DNA of 64,000 bases from Phoronis australis (GCA_002633005.1 NMRA01000104.1:429255-493254); one strand, 5' to 3'. Positions 51,001-62,450 are shown, counted from the first letter of the stretch. The notes: generated by a model not told the origin, from the sequence alone. Translations and numbers: made by a program.

Positions 51001-54000
51001 CATTAGGGTAACGATGAAAAATTACCATACTCATAATACATAACAATAGTCTCTCAAAACGAGACTTTCGCGAGATTGTAATGGTAATTGGTTCTCGGAT
51101 GGTTTGCAGCACATTGGAGGATCGTGGGTTATTTGTGTTATTCATTTAATGAGACTATGCCTCTTTAAGTGACGTAGTGCATTATGAGTTAAAGATATTA
51201 TAAGCCCGGCGTCTGTAATAAATACCGTTTTGACTAATTTTTTCCTTGCTAAACTTTTAAGTGTTTTCTGGCCTTAGGAAGAGGGGAAGGACCGTCATTG
51301 CTCGAGGCCAAGCTCAGATGGGTAGTTCCGACAGAGGGCAGTTAGGCAAAGACCACTGTAGATACCGTGTTAAAAATCCTACACGCGCAAAGCAAATATG
51401 GTGGAAGTCCCGCGGTTACGTATACAACAGCTTCTTTTCGATGTGTTCCCGGTGATATTTCACGGAAAATGTTACCGGTATGCACGGATCCACGCAGTTA
51501 CAAATCATCCCACTGGAATTACCCATTACACGCAGTGTCGTATTCTTGATTTTAAGTCTTTGAGCCCATTCAGAGATTACTAACAATTAAGCGATCTGAT
51601 ACCAAATCTAGCCGGACAGTTTAGCACAGTTATTAAATATGAGCACAGCCCTGGAAATCGCTTTCGCATTATATCCAAGTTCTCATTCACTCCGTTGCAT
51701 ACATTCACTAGTAAGATCGAGCTCAGAAGAGTACGAGACACCTATGTGCAATGCTCGATTGTCAGCCAGTGAATCCAGGATTCGAAACCTGGTCTCCCAA
51801 GCAGGAGTCTGGAGCTCAAACCACTGAGACACACTGTCACCTTGGCACAGTGGTTACCATTGTGTGTTCCATTGCACTTTTAGTTCGCTGGCAGGGTTGG
51901 TTGCACATGTACATGTATAGCTTAAATTACGATGAGAAATAACCGTCTTAACGCGATTAGACAGTTTATGGACACTGGTGGTCTGGTGGTCTGGTGCCTG
52001 GCGATAACAATACGGGAGTTTGTCGGTGAGGTCCCGTTTCCGTAAGTCCCATGTGCTGCCTATTGTTACCTGCATATGTTCCACATATGACTGTCTAATT
52101 CACATCAGGTACTAGTAAAGAAAAAAATATTTGCAGCCGGAGTGGTGCGTTGAAAATATTATGAAAGCGCCGTCCTGCGAAAAGCGGCAATAACACCGCC
52201 TTCCATAGCAAAAACATAGTTTCATTTAGTCCACATGTCTTCATGAAACTGATCTCAAATTTTTGCGTAAGTAAATTTGAGATGACTTCCGGGTTTCTAA
52301 AGGACTTACGTTATTGTTAGAAATCGGGCTCTACAAGTTGGCTTGTCATGGCGTGCCATTTTATGTCTCAACAAATAACCAAGTCTCAGTTGAGTTGGCC
52401 TAATGTAAGTTACCTGTCGGAGTCATGAAGTTATTTGAAACCACTAGCTTTCGGGTTCACCCTGGAGACTTCCGACGGGTGGAATGGCTGGTAACTGGAG
52501 CCTCGACCGGCTCAGTGGCAGCAATAGATGAACATTGTTTTCAGACATCACACAACATCTCGTGGAATAATGCTAACGTCGGTGAAGGAGAACAAATACT
52601 GGGGCAGGAACATACGCGAAGCGATGGAAATCCGCTTTCAAACTCCATCGCTCAATAGAGACTCGCCATCTACCAGAATTTATTCCTCCTCTGATGATCC
52701 GACAGGGGTCACATTCCATGAAACGTCACGGTGACAATGATGACGTAACAGACGCGGACGAGGCTCTAGTTACCCGCCATACGACACGACGAAGGGCTCG
52801 AGATGAGACCGAAAGCTAATGGTTTCAAAAAACTTCACGACTCCGACTGGTAACTTTACATTACTCGTGTTTTAACTGAGTCAGTGATATCAACTTTCAT
52901 TCTATCAAGATTCAGTTATTTGAGAAATCACTCTCATCTTAATACGAGGAACGATTTGAGACCATTTCTAGCTGTAAGTGGTTTAAATCAGAATTTCTGT
53001 TTCTGGATGGAAGATGTACCGTGACATTTCTGTGAACAGCCAGATCTGTCAAGTAAAGGCGACCATCGTGTACATTGGACTCTATTGGGTTCATCCGATT
53101 GGGAATTCGAAATTTTCTACATGTCACAAGTGAAGCAGGGTACCTTCTCACAGCAGAATTGCCTTGTGCCTGTTCCGACGAACCAGAAGTTTCGGTGGAG
53201 GAGACAGAGGCATTGATAAATATCATTTCAAATGTCTAGGATCCGAGTCTCATCGTCCCGTATTGTTAATAACAGCCTCAACAAACAATACTCTCAGTCT
53301 CGGATTATATCGAATAAATCTAACAAATAGACAAAGCGGTCAGTTCTCAGAGGTAGCCTATTTCGCGCCAAATTTGTACCGAAAGACAATTTTCTTTTCC
53401 CTTCCATCATGCACTATAGTACATGGACCGCCAACTCCGTATATTTTCAATGGACCATATCTGTGATCTTACTAGCGACATCTGGCAAAATTAGCAAGTT
53501 TTACATCCGGCAAGTACGTCGTCTGCTAATCATGGTCTGCTGTTGTGTGGTCAGGTGCCAAAAGTGCTCACGATACCAACAGTTCTATTATGGGAAGATT
53601 TTGAACAGCGTTTCAATGTCGAAATTATTTTTTTTCATTGTACTGGACAGTAAAATAGATGCGAGAATTTCCCGTCACAATACACTAACCGGAAACTGAA
53701 ATTGGTAATTTAGAAGAGTGGCGCTTCCTCTTCGATAGTACGCAAGAAAATGTTTTGAGTTGCGAATCCGTTGTCTATGGTCTATGCTTCCGTAAGTCGT
53801 AAATAATTGGAGAGGGTGGCACTACTGAATGAAAGCAGCGTGGTTCGCCTCGATGCAAAAAAAGAGTATTGTCACACGTCATGTGATTCCTTCATACCAT
53901 TTCACTGTCACGAGTCTGAAATAGCTTGCAGCCAATGGTTTTTATGCTCTTACGTATGTATGTGTATAAAGCTTTCATCTCTGTCTGTACGTCTGACGTA

Positions 54001-56564
54001 CGCTGCTGAATCTCTTAAACCCCTGACAAGGTCTTCATGAGAGTTGGCAGATGTGTTACTATGGAGCTGACCCCGAATATGACAACTTTGGACCTGTCCG
54101 ACTCCCGCTGTGCCCCCTGATGACTCTCTACCGGTTCTACTTAGTCACTCCGTAGACGGAACTTTATGAAATTTGGAAAATAGTTTTCTATTGAGATTAC
54201 GACAATGCTTTCCCAATCTTGGACGGACTGGACATATTCTGCTTCCCCAACGGCCATTTTCAATATTTTCGATTATATTTTGGCGCCAGTCGCTCTCTTT
54301 CTGCCAAACCGCGGGGATGGATTGTTATGAAATTTGGCAAATGTGTTCCTGTTGTGAAAAGCTCAGCTTGCGTTGATTATCAGAGATATCCGATTTAGGT
54401 AGCGCCCCCTAGTAGCATTATTGCGTCTGTCTCAACATCTGCCAAGTTCCTTGATGGACCTAAGAAATTCGTTTTACAGGGTTTTTGCTGAGGAGATCAT
54501 GACTTACCTTTGTGTCGGGAAGAGTCGAGTACTGTGACGTCCCTTAGTGATATTTATGGATTTCTTTCCGTATGCATCAATTTCTTCTTGATATATATCT
54601 ATATGCAAAAGCTTTTATGAACGAAACTACGTCGCCTGCTACATTGCAGATGGACTCTGATTTTTACGCCCTCTAGTGGACATTTTCATTAGTTTCGTGT
54701 CTGTGTCTGGCCTTTGCCTTCCTATACGTAAACTGCATGAAGAATCATGAAAGTTGGCATTGTGTCCCTGTTGACGCTGGTATGACGATTAATTTTCTGA
54801 CTATTTTACTGTAGCTCCCCTAGTGAAAATTCTAGTTTTCTTTGCATCTGCCTCAATATCTCGCAAGTTCTTCGATGGATCTTCATGAAATTTGTTCTAA
54901 TAAGACGTTCTTGCACAAGTGACCTGTATTTTCGAATTGGTACGACTATCGTGAATATATTTGATAGAAATGAGCACCCCTAAATTATTTCTTTAGCTGT
55001 GGGCGCACAATCAGCTCTTGTGCCTCCATCTCATTAGCCAAACGATATATTAAATCAACTGTAAAGCCTCTTTCTAAAACGACAACCTTTACGACTTCGC
55101 TGAAAGTCGTGTCATCGCATGCAAAAATCACTTCTGGACCGTGTAAATTGGGCATTTGGCTTTTTGGCGCTGATACCAGTAAAATTATGATTTACACATG
55201 TTTCTTTGTTGTATTTCAGACTACTACCAATCTCAGAGCGCCTTTGCAGTTATTAGTTTGTTCCTCATGGTCGTCAGCCACATATTTGTAGTCTACAGTC
55301 TTCGGCAAACGCGATACATGTTCAAGCGCATAGTCGGATGCTTCCATATTATGTCAGGTAAGAAGCAAAATGTCACCAGTGTCCTCAATTCGCTGCATTA
55401 CCGTAAGATGAGCAAGCGCGATGCAGGGGGTGAGCACCTCTGCCCCGTACGTATGAAACACGAAAGTGAGGGCCAGCGCTCCACTAAACATACACGTAGG
55501 GAGCGGCCGGGAGACTGGGAGGGCATGTTGCCTCAATAATATGAAAACCTGGTGAAACCTTCGAGGCGACCAGCATAGGCGTTGGGCGGGGAACACGGTC
55601 TGTTGAGGAAAGAAAAGCACTGTACAATGAAACATGTTGACGAGAGAACATTTAGAGAATATTTGTTATCTGTGCTAAGTTATTCTTTGTGACCCAGTCC
55701 AGGACATTTTCGTTAGCAGGTTCCCAGTTTTAAAAAATGCAGCATGAATCGTCTACCCGTACAGGAAAACGATAAAACTTGTTATGCCCAGATTTTCCTG
55801 TGGAAACCGATTCAAAACTTTAAATTCAAGAACACAATTTTTGGGAGTGCAAAGTACATGAGGACCTATGACTGGAATGGAAAGAACCAGAATTCTTGTT
55901 AACAAGTCTTCCAAATTCTGGAAATATCTTGGGGGAGGACCCTCAAAAGCCCTTGTGGGATGCCCTGTGTCCCGTGCTTGCCTGACAATTGCTCATTTAT
56001 GCAACGTAACAAAGCGTAGCACTTCGGGAATTGCTTAAAAATTAATCATGTGAATTAAGGATTTGAAAAAAGTCTTGCAAGATGATAACCGGCATCTAAC
56101 TCAGAATGCACACTCTGTAGGCGTTTAGCTTTTTTTATTTTGCAGTGGCATGTATTGGCCTGACATCTTATTGTCTTCCGATAACCAACACATGTTCTGG
56201 TTTGATTACATACATACATTTTGAAATCTTTGATGGGACTTATGCAGTTTAGCCAGGTCGGAACATGAATTTCGAGGCGATATTTCAGTTTATCAGTGTT
56301 CCTTCGTCTATTGCAGCTGCATGCGTTCTTGTCGTGGCTGAACTCAACATCAACGCTGTGGAGTACGAGAAAACTAAACTCTCAATATTACCACCGGCTA
56401 CGATTGTCTCATTTGGGTTCTCCTTCATTGCGTCGTGGCTCACGTTCGCCGTTTACGTCATGTCCGCGCTTGCATTTATAGTTTGTTCACGGAAGAAAAA
56501 ACACCACAAAGTACCAGATGAAGTTATCGAACAAAACGAACCAATACGACTCGGGCGCTTATAG
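38799..56564 (+). CDS. Gene B: claudin-like tetraspan protein (PMP22/Claudin_2 superfamily, invertebrate RYMFKR-type subfamily), 232 aa
   Basis: join(38799..39039,50481..50552,55220..55357,56317..56564) = 699 nt, open, GT-AG, all phase 1. Motifs: TTYW, HSGLFVIC, second Cys in exon 2, AILDYYQSQSAF, RYMFKRIVG, FGFSFIASW, C-terminal SRKKK...EPIRLGRL. Confidence 0.92.
40791..41161 (+). mobile_element. Possible non-autonomous Helentron/HINE-like element
   Basis: Begins aaactagatagcaatt and ends with the hairpin gttaactggtggcgctgtagttaac-aa. The internal aacgcgaacgcgaacgtg...ccagaggtc.caggttca block recurs inverted, twice, at 35760-35905. Confidence 0.45.
43948..44223 (+). mobile_element. Third, internally deleted copy of the Crypton-like family fused to the tRNA-like cassette
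   Basis: atatagattattacatggcgaagtcgttatc...hairpin...aatccacgagg runs directly into tggtgtagtggtaaag...ggttcgaatcc...tgtggtataa. Confidence 0.8.
44893..45426 (+). mobile_element. Penelope-like retroelement remnant with inverted pseudo-LTRs
   Basis: GIY-YIG C-terminus SAVFIH...VTILDREENWFRGVKEAIYERVENPSL/NRQGGLRFLLPRTWDRAL. 44893-45003 is the inverted copy of 45280-45387. The tail reads actggatgactgaaagtattcatcgt. Confidence 0.88.
46041..46565 (+). mobile_element. Non-autonomous P-like element retaining a THAP N-terminus; contains a nested MITE (~46144-46295)
   Basis: Termini catagactatag...ctataatctatg. ATG at 46345 reads MVGCCVVGCQKYSR (THAP-like start). A nested inverted repeat cgttcagta.acgctaggacct...aggtcctagcgttactgaacg is absent from the 53.4-kb copy. 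Confidence 0.7.
49140..50366. repeat. Repeat mosaic sharing blocks with 7810-8850
   Basis: acgaatgcatcgagtcgccacacggcgt occurs at 7813 and 50204. tttcttcttt.agaaaat.ta...gttgac.ca.cctagttt...aattgactt occurs at ~8744 and ~50262. Boundaries are approximate. Confidence 0.5.
50481..50552 (+). CDS. Gene B coding exon 2 (72 nt, absent from ORF track)
   Basis: Acceptor ttattatttttatag and donor AG|GTAAAG. Reads VDLCHTRHSSPSTGPQRGYDKAIL, supplying the second ECL1 Cys and joining exon 3 in frame. Confidence 0.82.
   Translation: MTCVTHDIVLRQQGHSEGMTRQY
51650..51845 (-). mobile_element. tRNA-derived SINE (decayed)
   Basis: Minus strand has an A-box-like TGTCTCAGTGG (51831-51821) and a B-box-like GTTTCGAATCC (51788-51778) at tRNA spacing, followed by a non-tRNA body. 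Confidence 0.6.
52383..52905 (+). mobile_element. Second Penelope-like remnant (different family) with inverted pseudo-LTRs
   Basis: GIY-YIG C-terminus AAIDEHCFQTSHNISWNNANV / KENKYWGRNIREAMEIRFQTPSLNRD. About 52383-52508 is the diverged inverted copy of about 52757-52883. Confidence 0.8.
53408..53786 (+). mobile_element. Second copy of the P-like/THAP non-autonomous element
   Basis: Colinear with 46041-46565 and reads MVCCCVVRCQKCSR. Near-TSD cttccat (53401-53407) / cttccgt (53787-53793). Confidence 0.75.
53940..54920 (+). repeat. Degenerate internal tandem array, HINE/Helentron-like
   Basis: A microsatellite-like gtatgtatgtgt...ctgtctgtacgtctg head is followed by recurring (c/t)atgaaa(t/g)ttgg and cccctagt motifs every ~140-280 bp. 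Confidence 0.45.
55220..55357 (+). CDS. Gene B coding exon 3 (TM2-TM3)
   Basis: Acceptor gtatttcag and donor AG|GTAAGA. Reads DYYQSQSAFAVISLFLMVVSHIFVVYSLRQTRYMFKRIVGCFHIMS, 138 nt. Confidence 0.92.
56317..56564 (+). CDS. Gene B coding exon 4 (ECL2, TM4, tail)
   Basis: Acceptor ctattgcag. Reads AACVLVVAELNINAVEYEK...FGFSFIASWLTFAVYVMSALAFIVCSRKKK...EPIRLGRL, stop TAG. Confidence 0.92.
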
Positions 56565-57346
56565 CTTCAAACACCTTGACATGATGTAATTACACGTGAC
56601 TAACTTAATGATGGGTAGTTTTAAAATCATCTGTTTGTGGTATTTGAAATAAAGAAGGTGAACTTGGAACACCTTTCTCAAAGATTTGCCAGATAGAATA
56701 CGGGTGATGTCTCTTGTGTTTTGCTGTGAATCAATAATTCTGCTGCCACACAAGCAAAAGACATGGAAGTCGAAAAAGAAGGCAAAAATCTTGGAAAAGT
56801 GACAACCAGTACCGAGTTCGGTAAACTCAAAAAAGACTTACGGAAACGCAAGATCACACGAGTCTTCGCGAGATATCCTCAACCAAAGGAAGTGATCACA
56901 CTAGCTTTTCTCTCGCGGGTGTTTTGGATCGAGGGGACTGTAGTCCACCGTCTGGTTCAATGCGGAACACCTCGGGTATTTTTGTAGCCTCAAATTATCC
57001 CTCGGAGGTGTTTCATATTTGCATGTGCAAAGTTCATCCATTACAACAAAGGGTTTTGGTCAAGACGAGGCTAAAAGCATCATCCAACAGGTCTCAAAAG
57101 TCGTAGGTGATGTCATTCTCAATCAGTCTGCTTTCTCAAGTAATGTCAACACTTGTTTAAGCCTGTTATCACGGTAGTATCCCGGTGCATTCGACGTCAT
57201 TCTTATAAGTACCATGACTGGCTGCGATAGTTCAGACATCTGTTTTCACGGATGTTTCACATGATTTTTATTATATACAGCTTTCAAACTGAAATCAACT
57301 GGTTCCTTTCCCGGCTGAGAAGTGCAGTGTGGGCTTGCAAAGCATT

Positions 57347-57478
57347 GTCAGTTCGTTGTTGGTTCAGGCCATGATCGCTCGACTCGTACAATGGCACATT
57401 AGCTACATGTCAGTTCGTTGTTGGTTCAGGCTATGCTCGCTGGACTCGTACAATGACACATTAGCAACATGTCAGTTC
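57347..57478. repeat. Tandem repeat, ~61-62 bp x2, downstream of the gene B stop codon
   Basis: tgtcagttcgttgttggttcaggc.atg.tcgct.gactcgtacaatg.cacattagc.aca is repeated. Confidence 0.85.
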
Positions 57479-57509
57479 TTAGCAAGCCTTTGCAATTCAT
57501 GTATAAGAC

Positions 57510-57619
57510 CAGGGCTGGGTTGCATGACGTCAGGTGCATTGTTCAACAATAACGTGACGCGTGATAATGCGACGTCATTGTTCCTATACGGCGTATAACT
57601 TTTATGCACCTGATCCCAG
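57510..57619. mobile_element. Short MITE, same family as the fragment at 46608-46698
   Basis: aggtgcattgtt.aacaataac...gtgacgcgtgataatgcgacgtcattgtt.ctatacggcgtataactttt is shared. Confidence 0.7.
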
Positions 57620-60042
57620 TTCTATAACGATTAGTGGTCTAAATTTCATGGGCGGCGCCGCACTGAAATAAGTGGGGGTTATAGCCCCCTCCTCCCCCCA
57701 GCTCCCTGTGGTGCGCTTCCCACGTAAATAGAGATCCTGAAATATCGATGGTAATCTCGTCCGAGTTGAGACTTAGCTAAGTAGACACCGATCAACAGTC
57801 CGTCAATTTTTTATTAAAACCACTTACCGGTCCTAAGTGGCTGAGTCGAGTTGGGTATGGTGTCAAGGCGTCGAAAGAATTGGCAAATCGTTATTCCCCG
57901 AGACCATGCTCTACCAGTTGGCTTGTTTTTTCGCAACAAAAAATGGTCTTCACGAATAACGAACTGCCAGTTTTTTTGCAAACCCAGAACTCGCTTCTCA
58001 TCTTAGTAACGAACAATTAGAGAACAATTTCATTTCCGAAAGTGGTCCCAATAAAAAAACTCTTCTCTTGAACGGAACGTGGGTTGAAAGCACCAACATC
58101 TGCACAACCTCAGTACAACTTGCTGATACCATCCGGTAACACTTACAGGCAAAATAACATGTCTTGTTCGCAATAAAACCTCATGCCTTCTTTTTGATAT
58201 TGTAAAATTACTGGCAGGCAAAACATTGTGTTAAAGGAAAGGTACCTGTTTTGGAGTTATTTTTGGCTGAAACATGGTTTACAGGTTATCCTCAGTTCAT
58301 TAGCAAATTTCTCTGATCAAATATCCCGAGGTTCTATCTAATTACATGTACGCATGCGTCGATGCGATAGTGACGTTCGACGCCCACATTGTTTCCACTC
58401 GTCTTTGTTTTGTGATGATTAATTGTAAACATCTGATGAATGTTAACTATTTACCAACAATCCCCGTTCTTATTTGTCCTCGAGGAATATTCACGAACAG
58501 CTTAGATTGAACTAGGTCTCGGTTGAATGATTGTTTGATCTGCAGTGGACGGGAATTGCTGCAGTCAACGTTCACAGAGAAAGGGTAGACAGTGGAAGTG
58601 ACGATGAATTTGCCACCTACGTACAACAAATGGGGGTACGCTGAGGTTGAATACGCTCAGCTTCAGGGAGCGATCAAACAGTGTGAACGAGACTACGTCG
58701 ACTGAGATCAGACTTACTGGGTCGTTTTGTCAAAGCAATGTTCGGTAAAATATCACCAAACAATGCAGTATGAGATTATAAAACAAACACTATTTTGCTA
58801 AAACTTCTTATGAATCAGTGAACTACTGTTCGTGTCTTCCGTTTATTAGTGCTGGACAAAAGTTCCGGATTATTTAAAGTGACAAAGGCGGTTTCATGAG
58901 CGAAAGAAATGCATTTTGAGGGTAATTTTCGGGTATGCTTAACTTGTTTTTAGCTATGACGAAAGCTTTAACTGAACAGCAAAATCTCCGAACAACTGTT
59001 AAAGTGATCAAATGCGCATTTCAGCCATGCTTCATTGTCATCGATTATGAAGCTTTAATCAAAGTCTCATGGAAGTTAAAATCTTCTCTTCGGTTATCTC
59101 TGTGACATGGCCGTTGTGACAGCGAAACAACACAGTAGTCGATTCATATGTATAGTGACACCTGGCGGGAAAACCAACAGAAGTAATAAAAAGCAAGGTC
59201 ACGTTCCAGTTTCGACTTAAGTCTAAGATTTGTCTCTACTCCCCAACTTTTGAACTCCCACATCAGTTGAAGTTAGTCAAAATTTAGACAAAGCTTTAGT
59301 CAAAAACTTAAGTCAAAATGAAGATTTCTTTCTTGAAACGGACTTGAGAGACAAATTTAAGTTTTATCTTAAAATTGACTGGAATTTAAGATTTGTCATA
59401 GCTAAGTCAGTTTTCTTGGAACGGGCACCGATATTACTTGCGTGTTACTCGATTTAATCACGAAATTCACTGAAGTTCATAATCAACACAGTTTTAATAA
59501 CATTTCACTCTATACTCAATTTCAAACTGATGTATATTTCGAATCATTCAAGATACACAACACGTAGCGCGTTACAACAACATCGTTTATTATCTTTTAA
59601 ACTAAGATACAATGTGCATTATTAGCAAAACGTTTTGCTTCAGAACAACTGTGTTGAGAGATATTTAACGTTCAATTGTAATGGCTTCTGTAAAATAAAA
59701 AAATGAATCAGTCACAAGACGAATTACATAATTCAGTCAACGCCCTAAAACATGACGGATGACACGACTAACACAAAGACCAAAACGACTGTCAGTTTAA
59801 TTGAGTATCTTCACCACTGAACAAAAGTAATATAAATATTACGGAATTCCACAACACCGGGTTACACTGACTACAAATGAACTGTAGAATAAGAAATACT
59901 CAAGACATTAATCTATTACACTCACCTGTTCACAAACGTAACCTGCTCCAGCTAATGACACTGGCACACTTGAATGTCAGTTAGAGAATTTCTCTCTCAC
60001 CCAGTGGCTTAGTGAACCACGTTATGGAAACCAGAAAGCCAA

Positions 60043-60823
60043 ATGCATCGTTTTAATATCATGTCTGGCGTCATTTCTTCAGTATCAGTTACGTGTGCGA
60101 AACGGCCCGAGCATTTCGTGACTCAATGACGCATCTCTCGCGTAAATCACTAAAAATCGAGATTTCACAAGCAAATGAAACGATGGCAATAGGTGGCGCA
60201 ACCTAATAGCACACTTCGCGTCTGCACGCCGATGAAGACACAGCTGTCAGCTGTCCAGTTACGACTACGACGATGAGATTAAACACTAAAACCCAAAACA
60301 TAGTACATGCAGGCCTTCATGCAGCGTACGTCCTGGGCGTCCAAATGGACGCCCTAGCACTAATGTAGACGCCCTGGCAAGGACGCCCAATGTATCATTT
60401 GGACGCCCTGTCACTCAGAATTTCTCCAGTTTGGACACCCACATTGAAAGATTACTAAGACTCCCAGTTAATCAAAGCGGGAAGTTGGCCCTTTCAACTG
60501 GGAAAGAAATATACAAAGTATTTAAAATGTTGCAATATTCAAACTATTTTCAAACNATGCATCGTTTTAATATCATGTCTGGCGTCATTTCTTCAGTATC
60601 AGTTACGTGTGCGAAACGGCCCGAGCATTTCGTGACTCAATGACGCATCTCTCGCGTAAATCACTAAAAATCGAGATTTCACAAGCAAATGAAACGATGG
60701 CAATAGGGGGCGCAACCTAATAGCACACTTCGCGTCTGCACGCCGATGAAGACACAGCTGTCAGCTGTCCAGTTACGACTACGACGATGAGATTAAACAC
60801 TAAAACCCAAAACATAGTACATG
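60043..60823. other. Near-identical ~265-bp duplication across a single-N junction (probable haplotype overlap)
   Basis: 60043-60309 matches 60557-60822, with N at 60556. The copies diverge after tagtacatg. Confidence 0.75.
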
Positions 60824-61283
60824 TACATCTCACCTTGACCAGCAAAGGCTCGGTTTAATTACGTTTATTGTGTGCTATCGTTAAAGACTGATCCAAATAG
60901 TTGAGGAATAATAGCGATCTTCAATGACTATCTACCAGCTAGCTATCACGCCGGTGAAATTACGCACTCTATGGTATAGGTGAGACACTGCGCACTTATT
61001 TCTGTTGTCATTTGACTTGGACGAGACAGCAAGGTTGGGTACAATACCTACACCTAAACCTGCAATCAATATGAGTATGATAGAGTATCATTTTCTCGGT
61101 ATATCGCGATAATTATCGGACGTTGCTAAGTAGTCTCACGGTTGCCAGTCAATTGGAAGATACCATACAGGAGGTTAATTATGCACAGATCATCAGTGAA
61201 ATTACAATGGAACTGTCGAGAGTTCAGAATACATCATCACATGTTTTTGAGAGCAACGCTTTGAAACAAGGATAATTTGCTTA

Positions 61284-61587
61284 ATGGGGATGAGACGCGA
61301 CGTACATTTGGTGGTGTTATTCTCAGTGGTAGCGGGATTTGTCACCATTATCGTCTTGTCGGTTGCCGTATTTTCAAAACACTGGATAACAGTTGGCTAC
61401 GACCGAGAAACACTTCAACTAAAGGTTGCTAGTAATTTGTCCCAATATGTTAGTGAGGTTCAACCAAATTTCGTAATCTTAAAGAGGCGATATCAAGATT
61501 TCGACACTAACACATCAAAGCCTTCGGACACTCTGTACATTTACGACGAATATGGTGGCGTATGGAGCCTTTGTGATACGTTGGCAG
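61284..61587 (+). CDS. Gene C coding exon 1: claudin-like tetraspan protein, paralog of gene A (no further exon found in the window)
   Basis: MGMRRDVHLVVLFSVVAGFVTIIVLSVAVFSKHWITVGY...YGGVWSLCDTLA. Donor AG|GTGAGT at 61588, phase 1, at the same position as gene A (GIWSTCDELS). Confidence 0.88.
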
Positions 61588-62450
61588 GTGAGTACAACGC
61601 AGTTGCGGATCTAGGATTTTGTCCAACGGAGTCAATCAATATAGAAATGAACTAGCAGCGGTCTGGATCCCTGGGCACCGTCTAGATCCGCGCGTGCACA
61701 CTGGTATCAAGAGTGTCGCCAACTAGCTGAAAATCGTCAACATCGAATGAGCAACAAAGAGGCATGTATGTAAGTATAAATGTAAGGAATGATAGCAAAA
61801 GGCTTCTATCACATGTGACAGCATATGAAGAGTGGGAGCTTCCTTTTCACTGGGCTGTTTGGGAATCCTTCCACACGACACTTTCAAGGTAAAACCAACC
61901 AATGGTGCGACTTGAGACCGCTTCCTGAATATTTTTAGTCCGTTAAGTTATTTTGTTGCACCACTTTTCTGAAATTCTAAAGATGTGTAATGAAGACAAT
62001 AGAAAGTTTTTAACTTTGTAACAATTGCAAGTGGTACTTTAAATCTTTTTTACTTAATTGTAGGTATCATTTGCTATGATGACAACATGTTTTGAGACTA
62101 CTTTGTTAAGAGTCAAGCAGCATATTTTATGATTTTCATAACTGCTCTATGTTTAGAGTGAATGGCTATAGATCATGGGTCGCAAGTCAGCTGGCTGTCG
62201 TGGGTGCGTTATTGTGAAGGCAACCTTGGATTTCTGAAAGAGTGCAACAATGCACGTCGGATCACCGTTATTACACTCAAGTTAAAAGCCCGCCACATAG
62301 TTTGCCAATTGAGAAGATACGACACGGTCATAGCTACGACTAGACTTGCGACCTCAAATCGTGGGTAGCCAATTTTGGATTAAACATGAACTTATTTGCA
62401 CTCTTTGCCCGTTTTACTGTCAAAGGATTCTGATTCTGCATGGGAATTTG

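Noticed and set aside
60043-60823. Genuine segmental tandem duplication
   Set aside because: The copies are near-identical and abut a single N, so an allelic or assembly overlap is more likely.
62064-62095. Candidate exon 2 of gene C after ttaattgtag
   Set aside because: There is an in-frame TGA in phase 1. No convincing second exon was found before the window end.
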